64,000 nt of DNA from Octopus sinensis. Taxonomy: Eukaryota. The stretch is taken from positions 128,464,001-128,528,000 of the forward strand of contig NC_043001.1 of assembly GCF_006345805.1 (NCBI RefSeq), written 5' to 3'. Under the pieces are notes generated by a model. The model had not been told where the DNA came from. It searched no databases and was given only the letters and a program-made list of their open reading frames with translations. This document shows positions 51,955 through 63,703 of the stretch, one piece after another. The translations under genes were made by a program, and so were the position numbers. The stretch's first letter is position 1; every line of letters begins with the position of its first letter.

Positions 51955-52146
51955 GAAGAGGAGAAAAGGCGACGAGAAGAAAAAGAGCAAGCCATGATGG
52001 AACGCAAGTACAATCTGCCTGATAAACCCTCCATTATAGTCCACCCGTCAACAACTGCAAAGGGCGGCAAGTTTGACTGCACTGTCATGTCGCTTAGTGT
52101 CCTGTTGGATTATCGCCAAGAGGATAATAAAGAACATTCCTTCGAG
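51955..52146 (+). CDS. CCAR1: CCAR1 exon (conserved IIVHP...FDC..MSLSVLLDYR motif)
   Basis: tttctcAG|GAAGAG...TTCGAG|GTAAGC. ERKYNLPDKPSIIVHPSTTAKGGKFDCTVMSLSVLLDYRQEDNKEHSFE. Confidence 0.97.
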
Positions 52147-52769
52147 GTAAGCAAATCCTTCTATCAGTCTTGTTCCTCTTTGCCATAAATTATTTCATGG
52201 TGCTGTTTAGCCCCAGGTCACTCCTGAATAAGTACACCTTTGATTGTGAGCATTCCAGCTTTAACCATCTAATATGACATTATAACTATGTAGTCTTAGA
52301 TTCTTTAAGATGGTTAGGTTGTATTTAAATTGGCCATATCTGGTCCAAAATAGTCTACCAACTCCAGCCTCTCACACCTACCCTACTATGTCATTCTAAA
52401 AATAAATAGTCACATCATTGAAATCTTGAAGCTTTAAGAAAATGCATAATTAATTCAAAACGATGTAAGTAAATAAATAATCATTAGATTTGATAGAGTA
52501 ATCTGAATGTAAAAGAGTTTAGGATAAATTTGGCTGGTGTTTCTAATACATTAAGTGATCTAAGATCACCTACATTTTTTCCCTTGCAGTGTAAAATTAA
52601 TAGCCTTATACTCTTGCTTTGTTGTTGGTTTTTCTGTTTTCTGGATGTCAATATTAAGTGGTCAATGGTTAGGGCCAGGGAATAGAGAGGAGATAAAGAA
52701 CATGCAGAGCTGAACCCTCTACCATATGCCTATATATGGGCATAAAACTGGTTATAGTATAAGGGAGGT

Positions 52770-53120
52770 TAAGTAGCTTGCTTACCAACTACATGGTTCT
52801 GGGTTCAGTCCCACTGTGTGGCACCTTGAGCAAGTGTCTTCTACTATAGCCTCGGGCTAACCAAAGCCTTGTGAGTGGATTTGGTAGACGGAAACTGAAA
52901 GAAGCCTGACATATATATATGTTTGTGTGTCTGTGTTTGTCTTCCTACCATCACTTGACAACTGATACTGGTATGTTTACGTCCCCATAACTTAGTGGTT
53001 CAGCAAAAGAGACCGATAGAATATGTACTAGGCTTACATAAGTTCTAGGGTCTATTTGCTCAACTAAAGGCAGTGCTCCGGCTTGGCCGCAGTCAAATGG
53101 CTGAAACAAGTAAAAGAATA
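52770..53120 (+). mobile_element. SINE family A (head slightly truncated)
   Basis: Matches family A. A second partial 3' copy lies at about 53985-54170. Confidence 0.8.
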
Positions 53121-53334
53121 ACTGAAGTATTAATGCATGAAGCGAAGGCAATAAGAACTCTTAGTTTATGAATATGGATTAAAACAAGTTAGACTGAAAC
53201 CAAAGTAAAACTGGATTAAAATTGGATGAATACAAGTGAAAGAACTTGATAATGGTGACTGGAAAGCTCTAATGATGCAGTCTCATCCAAACCATGTCAA
53301 ATATAGAAATATAGATCTAAAATCTATCTTAGTG

Positions 53335-53930
53335 ATGGGGTTCGTGTCCGTTGCCAGATTCGCCTGGCCCCCGTGCCAGTGGCACGTAAAAGCACCATCC
53401 GTTTGTGTCTGTTGCCAGCCTCGCCTGGCCCCCGTGCCGGTGGCACATAAAAGCACCATCCGTTCGTGTCCGTTGCCAGCCTCGCCTGGCCCCCGTGCCA
53501 GTGGCACGTAAAAGCACCATCCGTTTGTGCCTGTTGCCAGCCTCGCCTGGCCCCCGTGCCGGTGGCACATAAAAGCACCATCCGTTTGTGTCTGTTGCCA
53601 GCCTCGCCTGGGCCCCGTGCTGGTGGCACATAAAAGCACCATCCGTTCGTGTCCGTTGCCAGCCTCGCCTGGGCCCCGTGCCGGTGGCACGTAAAAGCAC
53701 CATCCGTTCGTGGCCGTTTGCCAGCTCCGTCTGGTACCTGTGCAGGTGGCACGTAAAAAGCACCCACTACACTCACGGAGTGGCTGACGTTAGGAAGGGC
53801 ATCCAGCCGTAGAAACCCTGCCAGATCAGACTGGGCCTGATGCAGCCTTCTGGCTTCACAGACCCCAGTTGAACCGTCCAACCCATGCTAGCATGGAAAG
53901 CGGACGCTAAATGGTGATGATGATGATGAT
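53335..53930 (+). mobile_element. RTE 3'-end fragment with expanded 61-bp minisatellite
   Basis: Six 61-bp units at 53341-53706, then the family tail. Other copies at about 13051-13192, 28975-29118, 47778-48046, 49452-49735, 55393-55690 and 60800-61208. Confidence 0.85.
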
Positions 53931-54630
53931 CTCAAGCAGTTTTATTCAGCCCATGCAAACATGGTAAAGTTAATGATGATCTTGTGTATTTTGTGTGTCT
54001 GTGTTTGTCTCCCTATCATCGCTTGACAACTGATATTGGTGTGTTTACGTCCCCATAATTTAGTGGTTCAGCAAAAGAGACCGATAGAATAAGTACTGGA
54101 GTCTATTTGCTCAACTAAAGGCAGTGCTCCGGCTTGGCCGCAGTCAAATGGCTGAAAAAAGTAAAAGAATATATATTGCTTTATCCACAAATAAACATGG
54201 TTTATCAGATAGCATTTTGATGATAGTACAAAGCCATTGCAGCAGATTTGTAGGCATTGTACAACATAAGATCTTGGGGGTAAAATCGATATTGAGAGAG
54301 ACAATTTGAGATGAGACCGAGGCACATAAAAACATACTGTTTTACTAATCTGTCAGTTATGCTAGTAGGAAAAATGATTGTTCATATTTAACCTCTGCTA
54401 AGTCATATCAAGCAAATGTATAATCAAAGGTGTTCCAACCATGACCATCAATTCATTTTTTTTCTTTTATTTTTATTTCTACACTGCAACTAAGAACACA
54501 TTATTCAGCATGTCCTTCATTTTTAAGACAGTTTGGTATAGTTTGGATATTTGGTTACTATTTCTAGCAAACTGATTGACCATGTAGATGCACTATCATT
54601 AATATGTACAGATAGAGATTGAATTATATA

Positions 54631-54669
<39 letters not shown>

Positions 54670-54730
54670 TCCATTTGTAACTACTTTTGTGTTGTGAAAT
54701 TCTGATTTTTGACTCTTTTAACCCTCTCAG

Positions 54731-54874
54731 GTTTCTTTGTTTGCTGAGTTGTTCAATGAAATGTTGATGAGGGATTTTGGCTTCAAGATCTACAAGGCTC
54801 TTGTTCTTGCGCCAGAAAAGAAGGATGAGGAGAAGCTTAAAAAGAAATCTGATGATAAATCTGTAAAAGAAAAG
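54731..54874 (+). CDS. CCAR1: CCAR1 exon
   Basis: ctctcAG|GTTTCT...GAAAAG|GTGAGA. VSLFAELFNEMLMRDFGFKIYKAL. Confidence 0.97.
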
Positions 54875-55728
54875 GTGAGACACCCACACATTTTTCTATG
54901 TTTGTAAACCATTCAATTAGAAACTCAAAAGCCACCTACTGTATAAACTACTCATACTAGCTTGTATAAGAAAGAAGTTTAAATTGACTAACATTAAAAA
55001 TAACTTTTTAATACCTTTTATCACATGTAAAGAATGTTAATATCTACTATCTTATATGTGAAGGTGCATGGCTCAGTGGTTAGAATATCAGGCTCACAAT
55101 CATGTAGTAGTGAGTTCAATTCCTAGACCAGGCTGTGTGTTGTGTTCTCAAGCAAGACACAGTGGCAGCTGTTGTTGTTATCACTGAATGTTTAGCCTTA
55201 TTGATATTGGAACAGAAGTTGTGGTCTAAATCATAAAGCAAAAGTTAATCACAGAGTTCTATAGGGTTAGCTCTTAACTTCAGCTTTCTTAACATTAAAA
55301 ATAAAGGAAAGGCAAATCTCCTCCCTGACAAGACTTTATACAATGTCTATTTAGACCTAAGGGATCATCTATAGACAACAGTAGGAGGATGTCATCATCA
55401 TCATTTAGTGTCCGCTTTCCATGCTAGCATGGGTTGGACGGTTCAACTAGGGTCTGGGAAGCCAGAAGGCTGCATCAGGCCCAGTCTGATCTGGCAGTGT
55501 TTCTACGGCTGGATGCCCTTCCTAACGCCAACCACTCCGTGAGTGTGGTGGGTGCTTTTTATGTGCCACCCACACAGGTGCCAGACAGGGCTAGCAAACG
55601 GCCACGGACGGATGGTGCTTTTTACATGCCACCAGCACGGGGGCCAGGCGAGGCTGGCAACGGCCACGATCGGATGGTGCTTTTTACGTAAACAACCAAA
55701 TTCATAATTAGAACTCTAGGGCCTTATA

Positions 55729-56400
55729 TGTTGGGTTGGAACAAAAGTTTTTACCATTTTTTAAGTAGAATTCAAAAACAGTATCCAGATATTTGCATGT
55801 ATCTTAATTCAACCACATATTCTCATTTTGTTCCACTACCTTTCACTATCTTTGAAGCAGCATCATGATTCCATTTTTCCTATGACATGGTATCTTTCTG
55901 GGCCATTCCGCCGAGGTCGACTTTGCCTTTCATCCTTTCGGGGTCGATAAATTAAGTACCAGTTATGCACTTGGGTCGATATAATCGACTTAATACCTAT
56001 GTCTGTCCTTGTTTGTCTCCTCTATGTTTAGCCCCTTGTGGGTAATAAAGAAATAGGTATCTTTCTGGGCCATGAACTGGTCTAAGTGGTTTTTACAGTC
56101 TTCCAAAGAATTGAAATACTTCCCAGTAAAAGGATTTTGTAAGTATCAAAAGAAATGATAAATCCAGTATTGCAAGGTCTGGTGAGTGTGGTGGGTGTCA
56201 TAGGACATCGCAGTCAAGCTGTACCAATTTCTGCTGGGTCTGCAAGGAAACATGAGGTTAAACATTTTCTTGAAGGGAGACAACACGTTTCCAATTGGCC
56301 AATTCTGGACATTTTTCATCGATTGCCTCCTTTAATCGGTCTAATTGGGAGCAGTATTGTCTGAATTCAGAGTCTGATTTTGCAGAAGCTCGTGACACAC
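55729..56400 (-). mobile_element. Mariner transposon fossil 3, interrupted by a SINE
   Basis: Minus strand NQTLNSD...QLDRLKEAIDEKCPELAN...HPPHSPDLA...GIMMLLQR..KVVEQN. TIR-like TTGGGTTGGAACAAAAG at about 55731. Confidence 0.85.
55907..56055 (+). mobile_element. 5'-truncated SINE family B inserted in a mariner fossil, 18-bp TSD
   Basis: TSD GGTATCTTTCTGGGCCAT at 55889-55906 and 56056-56073. Confidence 0.9.
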
Positions 56401-56659
56401 AGTGCCCTTCCAACCCCACTAGATACAGGACATCACCTTCTTCAGCTGCTGATCAGCTTTTGAAGTGATTAAAGGTGGTTCAGCTCATTTTCACCAGGAC
56501 ATTTTATGGCTTAAATTGTTGTAAACAGTCCATTTTCCATTACTCATGATTGTCCTTTTCAAAAGTAGGTTGTTTACATAGTGTTTGAGCAGAGAATTGC
56601 AGGTGAAAATATAGTCCATTAAATTGTTTTCTATTAGCTATGAGGCACTGAAACATCAT

Positions 56660-57400
56660 AGTAATTCATGTATCCAAATGTTTTTAAATGCCTTATAACA
56701 CTCATATGAGATATGGAGACTCTCTCTATGATGTCTCATGTCATATGACCTGGATTATTTAAAAATAATAATGAAATTATTGTATAGAGTGCTCAGGTGC
56801 ACCACAACTTGTCAAATGTGCGTATAAAGCATATGCAGTAATGTACAAATCTCTGGGAAGTGAACAGTGTTTGAGTCAGATACATGCTTGCATGTGTATG
56901 GAAGAGAGAAAATCAGGTGTAGTGTTGGCGAATCTCAGGAAGCATGGAAGTTTTGAAGGATGCAGTGCTCCGACAACTAACAACTGATGCTGGCAGTTTG
57001 TTCCGTGCTTCAGCAACTCTCAGCGTGAAAAAATGTTTCCGAAAGTCATGGGAGCTGTGCTGTTTTCTGACTTTGCAAACATGTCCACGAGTGTTAGACA
57101 GGTGGAGTTTGAACAGGTGCTCAGAGTTATTGTTAGTAAGATGGTTAGTAATTTTAAGGGTATCTGCCAAGTCAGCTGCCAGATGTCGGAGTTTCAATTT
57201 TATCCATGCCCAGGGAAGTAAGGCATTCAGAATATGGCAAATGCCTGATGGAGGGTATTCTCTTGGTTGCACGTCGCTGAATGGTTTCCAGACGATTAAT
57301 ATCCTGGGCAAGATAGGAGTTAGGGTTAGGGTTACAATTTGTTCATCGTCAACAACTGTAGGCTTGCTGGAGCATTTACAGTCTTTCAGACCAAAATTTT
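56660..57400 (-). mobile_element. CR1-clade LINE 3' fragment (frameshifted ORF2)
   Basis: NTRGHVCKVRKQHSSHDFRKHFFTLRVAEARNKLPASVVSCRSTASFK matches the CR1 C-terminal TRGH...RK.FF..RV...WN.LP motif. Confidence 0.85.
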
Positions 57401-57994
57401 CACTCTCAAACCTAGCTAACAGCTTACAGTCCCCACCCTCCCCAGCTGTGGCATCATCTCCATAAACTGCACTTATCTTTCTTTTCTTTTGTTTTTCTGT
57501 TTGTACAGTGTTTTTCCTTTTCAAGTGTAAAAGAGCATCAAATGATGAAAATGTATCTCATTTTCCTTTATTTTCACTATTAATGTAAAAACAGTAGAAA
57601 TAAAGCATTAATAAATCTGAGCCACATTCAAATGGCTAGTACACTTTACGTTGTCGAGTAGAAATAAACTATCCACATAGTAATTATATAGAGAGATGTA
57701 TTGAAATGGCACTTTTCAGAAGGTGTGTGTCCGTGTGTCCTGCACTTGTGTCATGTGAGAAACAAAATCATATGTTTAGATGCTACCAATTGAAAAACAG
57801 TACAAACTTTTCTTCCAACTCAATATATTGATTCAGCTATCTGTGCTCGTCTCTCTTGTAATACATAAGTAATGTGAAACTTCTAGGTAGTGAGGAATCA
57901 AATCTGGATAGATTCAGCCTAGTGGAAGATCGCCATGTACTTTGACACTAAACAAGAATTGTTCTCTGACTAAAGCCTTACTGGGGCACTATCT

Positions 57995-58402
57995 CTCTCT
58001 CTTTTACTCTTTTCAGTCATTTGACTGCGGCCATGCTGGAGCACCGCCTTAAATCGAGCAACTCGACCCCGGGACTTATTCTTTGTAAGCCCAGTACTTA
58101 TTCTATCGGTCTCTTTTGCCGAACCGCTAAGTGACGGGGACATAAACACACCAGCATCGGTTGTCAAGCAATGCTAGGGGGACAAACACAGACACACAAA
58201 CAAACGCACACACATATATATATATATATACATATATACGACGGGCTTCTTTCAGTTTCCATCTACCAAATCCACTCACAAGGCTTTGGTCGGCCCGAGG
58301 CTATAGTAGAAGACACTTGCCCAAGGTGCCACGAAGTGGGACTGAACCTGGAACCATGTGGTTTGTAAGCAAGCTACTTACCACACATCCACTCCTGCGC
58401 CT
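57995..58402 (-). mobile_element. SINE family A
   Basis: Reverse complement of family A. Confidence 0.85.
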
Positions 58403-58538
58403 ATAAAGCTGAAATTTTTTTTAAAAAGCTGAAATTTTAAAAAAAAACAGCCATTGCTTGTTATTTGTTAATATAACATTTAGAAGTAAGGTTTAAACAC
58501 AAAACAAAAATTAAAACTTTTTGTTCATTCTAATACAG

Positions 58539-58649
58539 GATCTCAAGAAAACAGAAGAAGAAAAATCAGAAAAGAAAAAGGAAGAAGAAACTCCCAAGGA
58601 AGTGAATGGCAATGAAGAAGATATGGAAGAGGATGAACCTGATGATGAG
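58539..58649 (+). CDS. CCAR1: CCAR1 exon, acidic/charged region
   Basis: taatacAG|GATCTC...GATGAG|GTAGTT. 111 nt, phase 0/0, open frame DLKKTEEEKSEKKKEEE...EPDDE. Confidence 0.85.
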
Positions 58650-58741
58650 GTAGTTTGATTAAATTTTTCTTTCCTTTTGTTTTATACTTTTTATTAATTC
58701 ATATAATCTTTCCAACTTTTCTTTTCCCTTGTTTTTCCAAT

Positions 58742-59137
58742 CTCTCTTTACTCTTTTACTTGTTTCAGTCATTTGACTGCGGCAATGCTGGAGCACCGCC
58801 TTTAATCGAGCAACCCGACCCCGGGACTTATTCTTTTGTAAGCCCTGTACTTATTCCATCGGTCTCTTTTGCCGAACCGCTAAGTAACGGGGACACAAAC
58901 ACACCAGCATCGGTTGTCAAGCAATGCTAGGGGGACAAACACACACACGCAAATATATATATATACATATATACGACGGGCTTCTTTCAGTTTCCGTCCA
59001 CCAAATCCACTCACAAGGCTTTGGTCGGGCCGAGGCTACAGTAGAAGACACTTGCCCAAGTTGCCGCGCAGTGGGACTGAACCCGGAATCATGTGGTTGG
59101 TAAACAAGCTACTTACCACACAGCCACTCCTGCGCCT
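58742..59137 (-). mobile_element. SINE family A
   Basis: Reverse complement of family A. Confidence 0.85.
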
Positions 59138-59494
59138 ATTTCTTTTTTATTGGAGTGAAAAAACATGCCTTGCAGAATGTGATAAAAACATCTGTAATCT
59201 CTGTTAAAGCATTGTCACCACCAAAAGTGACTTCTATTTGTTCTGTCACCTCAATTAATTCATTGTAATTAAGAAAGAAAAAGAAAAATGTTTTCCATAA
59301 ATTTTGGAAACATTTCAAATTTGCATGCCATCAAATGCAATTTATCATGATAATTAGTTGTAAAGAAAAAAACATGAAGAAATTACTAAAGGTTACTCCT
59401 AGTCAATATTTTTTTTCGTTATATTTTATAGTATGTTCTGATAATATTCCAGTAAAGCCCAAATCTGGTGGTTTTTTGTAACTTGCTAGGTCTG

Positions 59495-60070
59495 GAGAAA
59501 GAGACAGTGTCAAGGCCCTCCTCAGCCAGTGAGAGTATTGGCATTAATTGTTCCTCTTAGACTTTTGTGTGTCAATGCCTGCAGGAAGGACTTAAGTTCC
59601 AATGGACAACATTCTGGGAAACAAAGAAGTACAGGGCATGGTGATCAGTGCAGAGCTTGATGGAGGGTGGACACAATAAGGATGATGAGAAGCAGAGAGA
59701 GAAGTGCGACAGGAATGTTTGAGCAAAGATGGCCGGAGTCCAACCAGCTCTGAGGAGCAGTAACCACTATAGTAGAGGTAGATGTTGAAAAGAGGCCAGA
59801 GGTTGAAACCTGTTTCTAAATGACTATGCCAGTCAGTTGGGTGGTCCTTTTCTGGATGCAGTCTAGGATGCCCTTGTGGACTCCACCTGAGCCTTGTAGA
59901 GGGTTGCTAATTGTTGGGAGGGACTGAAGTATATTCTGATTGTAAATTAAAAAGAAGAAAAGGATTTACTTACTTTGAACGTCTAAATTAGAGTGACTGT
60001 TAGTTGAGTCTGCTGGATACTGGATTATCATTTGATAAGTTATCCAGTACTTGTCCAAAAACAGAAGGAT
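59495..60070 (-). mobile_element. Decayed CR1/L2/Jockey-type LINE ORF2 C-terminal fragment
   Basis: Minus-strand remnants ...YSGYCSSEL...HHPYCV...SLFPR resemble FYRYYHG.CS.EL...H..CV...SFFPRT..LWN. Confidence 0.5.
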
Positions 60071-60370
60071 AAAAATCCACTTCACTCTCAAAGGCTTCGG
60101 TTACCCAGATGTTAAGTAGTAGGCACATTGCATAAGCGTCAATCAATTCATTTGCCTTTGCTTTCTTTCTGTTGGTGCAGTTTAGAGAGATGAGCTTCCA
60201 CCTGGTATCTTGTTGCACTACAATGCATTAAATCAGCCAGGTGCACTACACTAAGATGAATTTTTACTGTAGATGCACTATATAAGATGAATTTTAACAG
60301 TGAGCCACTGATTTTAAGGACATCATTCACTTCTGAATTGACAATAATTGCTACATTACTACTACTACTA

Positions 60371-60406
<36 letters not shown>

Positions 60407-61308
60407 CCTCACTGTCTGATCTTTCAACATCCTCCCTCTATTTTTTTTCTGTTGGTTTTGATGATGAGGGTTTAATTGTTTGATCCACTGAATTAGCTGC
60501 CTATTGTATTAGTGGTTGAGTATTTCATAGGCATGTGTACCCTTAACATAATCTTCTGGTAGAATCAGCTTGATACAGTGACAAGTCTTGTACCTTTGAA
60601 TTACAGGTAATTTCCATAGGACAGGCTTCCACACAGTTTCTGTTGACCAGGTTTCACTTACAAGGCTTGAGTCAGCCTGAGGCACTTTCCCAGGATGTCC
60701 TGCATTAGGATTGAACCTAGGACTTTGTGACTGTTGCCATGTTGTGTCCAATCAGTACACCGCCTTAGATTAAATTTATGCTATTGATATTCGATGACTG
60801 GCATCCGTGCTAGTGGAGCACTAAGACCACTATCCGAGTGTGATTATTGCCAGAGTAGCTAACTGGTGTTCGTGCCGGTGGCACGTAAAAAGCACCATTC
60901 GAGTGTGATCGTTACCAGTGTCGCCTTACTGGCACTTGTGCCTGTGTGTGGGTGACATGTAAAAAAAAACAAAAAAAAAACGATTTTCCGTGGCCGTTGC
61001 CAGTACCGCCTGACTGGCCCTCGTGCTGGTGGCACGTAAAAGCACCCACTACACTCTCGAAGTGGATGGCATTAGGAAGGGCATCCAGCTGTAGAAACTT
61101 TGCCAAATCAAGATTGGAGCCTGCTGCAGCCATCTGGTTCGCCAGTCCTCAGTCAAATCGTCCAACCCATGCTAGCATGGAAAGCAGATGTTAAACGACG
61201 ATGATGATAGTGATTCATTTGAATTACTTCCCTTAGTTCACTTCTTTTTTTTTTTTTTCTTTAGCTCCTTAATCAGTTGATTTTATTTTTTTCCCCTTTC
61301 TATTGCAG

Positions 61309-61336
61309 GATGATGATGAAGACAAGAAAGATAAAG
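61309..61336 (+). CDS. CCAR1: CCAR1 28-nt microexon
   Basis: cctttctattgcAG|GATGATGATGAAGACAAGAAAGATAAAG|GTAATT. DDDEDKKDK plus G. Supplies the phase 0 to 1 switch the next exon needs. Confidence 0.8.
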
Positions 61337-61458
61337 GTAATTTGTCTTTTCTGGTTTGGTTGCAATAGTTGACATGTTATGCTTGAAATTTCTTAAATGT
61401 TTTTACAGAGCATGAACGGTAGATTAATTTTACCTGTTCAAGGGCCAGTCTCTGTTAA

Positions 61459-61678
61459 CCCTTTCATTACTGTATTTATTTAGAGATGCTCTGTGTTTCT
61501 TTCAATTACTTTAAATATAACAAAGAATTTAATAAAATAACATAGTTATCATTCAGACAGTGTTAGGAACATAAATTGCGACTAAGATTTGGTGGAAGAT
61601 TTTAATTCAAAACTTATGAAAACAAGACATTTGTACCCAGAGCCAGAGCCGGTTTTAGCCGGGTTGGTAACGAAAGGG
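61459..61678 (+). mobile_element. MITE family 1
   Basis: TTAA at 61455-61458 and 61679-61682. Confidence 0.85.
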
Positions 61679-62026
61679 TTAAAGGATAATCTTGATGGAA
61701 TTTATACATTATTGTCAGCAAGTAGGCACATGAATGCACCAAGCCATGATATGGCAATGTATTGGTGTTAATGATGTTAATAATTGTGATTTTTAATTTA
61801 GTCACTAGGCCTTGTATTTTAGGAGAGGGATATAGTTAGTTAATTAAATATATTCCAGTACTAGACTGCTATTATTTTGTTGATACTTGGAATATTAAAA
61901 GGCAGTTTAACTTCAATGAAATTTGAACTAAAGTTATAAAGAGTTGAAACAAATACCACAAGGTATTTTGTCCAATATTAATAATTTCCATTGTCTTAAT
62001 GATGATGATGAAAATTTTTTACATAT

Positions 62027-62290
62027 ACTGTGGAGGGAACCTGTGGTAGAGGTAGACCCAACAAGGTGATGAAGCATGATCTTCAAACATTGGGCCTCAC
62101 AGAAGCGATGACTAGTGACCAAGAATTTTGGCAATATGCCATGCTTGCGAAGACCCGTCAAGCCAAGTGAAATCGTAGTCATGGCTGATGCTGGTGTCAC
62201 ATAACTGGTACCCATGCCAGTTGGTTGTAAAAAGCACTATTCAAGCATTGGGCCTTGTGGAGGCAATGTGGCCAATACCAGTATCCCATA
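62027..62290 (+). mobile_element. RTE LINE ORF2 C-terminal remnant plus start of 3' UTR
   Basis: TVEGTCGRGRP.K...KHDLQTLGLTEAMTSDQEFWQYAMLAKTRQAK*, a typical RTE C-terminus (GRGRP.KTW motif). Confidence 0.75.
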
Positions 62291-62398
62291 ACTGGCACGA
62301 ACTCAGAGTATAAAGGGCTGTAACTAAATACCACAAAGCGTTTTGACCAGCATTCTAATAATCCTTTACTATAGGCACAATTCCTGAAATTGAAGGGT

Positions 62399-62698
62399 AG
62401 GCTCAGTGGTTAGGGCAGCGAACTCGCGGTAGGAGGTTCGCAGTTTCGATTCCCAGACCGGGCATTGTGTGTGTTTATTGAGCAAAAACACCTAAAGCTC
62501 CACGAGGCTCCGGCAGGGGATGGTGGTGACCCCTGTTGTACTCTTTCGCCCCAACTTTCTCTCTTTCTTCCTGTTTCTTGAGTAACGCTGTGATGGACTG
62601 GCATCCCATCTAGCTGGGAGAAACACATACGCCATAGAAACCGGGAAACCGGGCCCATGAGCCTGGCTAGGCTTGAAAAGGGCGCATAAATAAAAAAA
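62399..62698 (+). mobile_element. tRNA-derived SINE (family C-related head, different body)
   Basis: GCTCAGTGGTTAGGG...GTTTCGATTCC head, GATGGACTGGCATCCCATCTAG core, A-rich tail. Confidence 0.7.
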
Positions 62699-63129
62699 GG
62701 GTAGGGGGCTATCCGATTACATCAACTCCAGTACTCAACTAGTACTTATTTCATTGACTCACACCCAAAAGAATAAAAAGCAAAATTGACCTCTACAGTA
62801 TTTGAACTCAGAACATAAAGGTAGATAAAATGCTGTTAAGTATTTTTTCCAGCATGCTAATGATTCTACCAATTTGCCAGCTTTCTAATAATACCGCCAG
62901 TATACCATCCTAATAATGGTTTCAAATTTTGGCACAAGGGTAGCAATTTTGGGGAAGTGGGTAAGTCAGTTACATTGACCCTTGTACTTATTTTATCAAC
63001 CTTCAAAAGGATGGAAGTTAAAATCAACCTCAGCAGAACTTGAAATCAGAACATAACAATGAACAAAATGCCGCTAATCATTTCACCCAGGTTGTTAATG
63101 ATTCTGCCAGCTCTCCATCTTACACCATC

Positions 63130-63165
<36 letters not shown>

Positions 63166-63533
63166 GTTTCTAGCATAGGCACAATGTTTGAGATTTGTTG
63201 GTGAGTGTTTAAACTGGCTCCAATATTTCACTGGTGCTTACTTGGTTTGATCAAACCTGGAGAAGTGAAAGGCTGAGTTGACTGTAACAGAATAAGAATT
63301 GAAAATTTCAAGAGCTGGAACACAAACTGTAAAACAGTTTTTTTTTTTTTCAACATTGTTTTAATTTCGTTTTTTTTTTTTTTTTTTTTTAATCTCTGTT
63401 GTCACCAAGTGATTTAATTACTTGGCTAAAACTCTATTGAGAGTAATGAATTAAGATTATTTTTGAAATTAATGCTTTATGTTTTCCTCAACTTCTTTCT
63501 CTTACAAAATATACATGTGATTCATTTTAGTAG

Positions 63534-63703
63534 GAAAAAGAGACCGGGATGAGAAGAAGAAGGAGAAGAAGAAGTACTACACATTTGATCCTGCTTTGTT
63601 ACTAGCATTTGTATATTTTGATCAGAATCACACAGGCTATCTGTTAGATAAAGACATTGAGGAAATCATGCACACTGTTGGCATGCAGTTGTCAAGAGCT
63701 CAG
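63534..63703 (+). CDS. CCAR1: CCAR1 exon, EF-hand-like region (gene continues past window end)
   Basis: ttttagtAG|GAAAAAGAGAC...GCTCAG|GTAAAC. ...DPALLLAFVYFDQNHTGYLLDKDIEEIMHTVGMQLSRAQ matches CCAR1 LLMAFVYFDQSHCGYLLEKDLEEILYTLGLHLSRAQ. Alternative start at 63531. Confidence 0.95.

Noticed and set aside
53341-53706. CRISPR-like array
   Set aside because: Contiguous units with no unique spacers, in a eukaryotic LINE UTR, with no cas genes.
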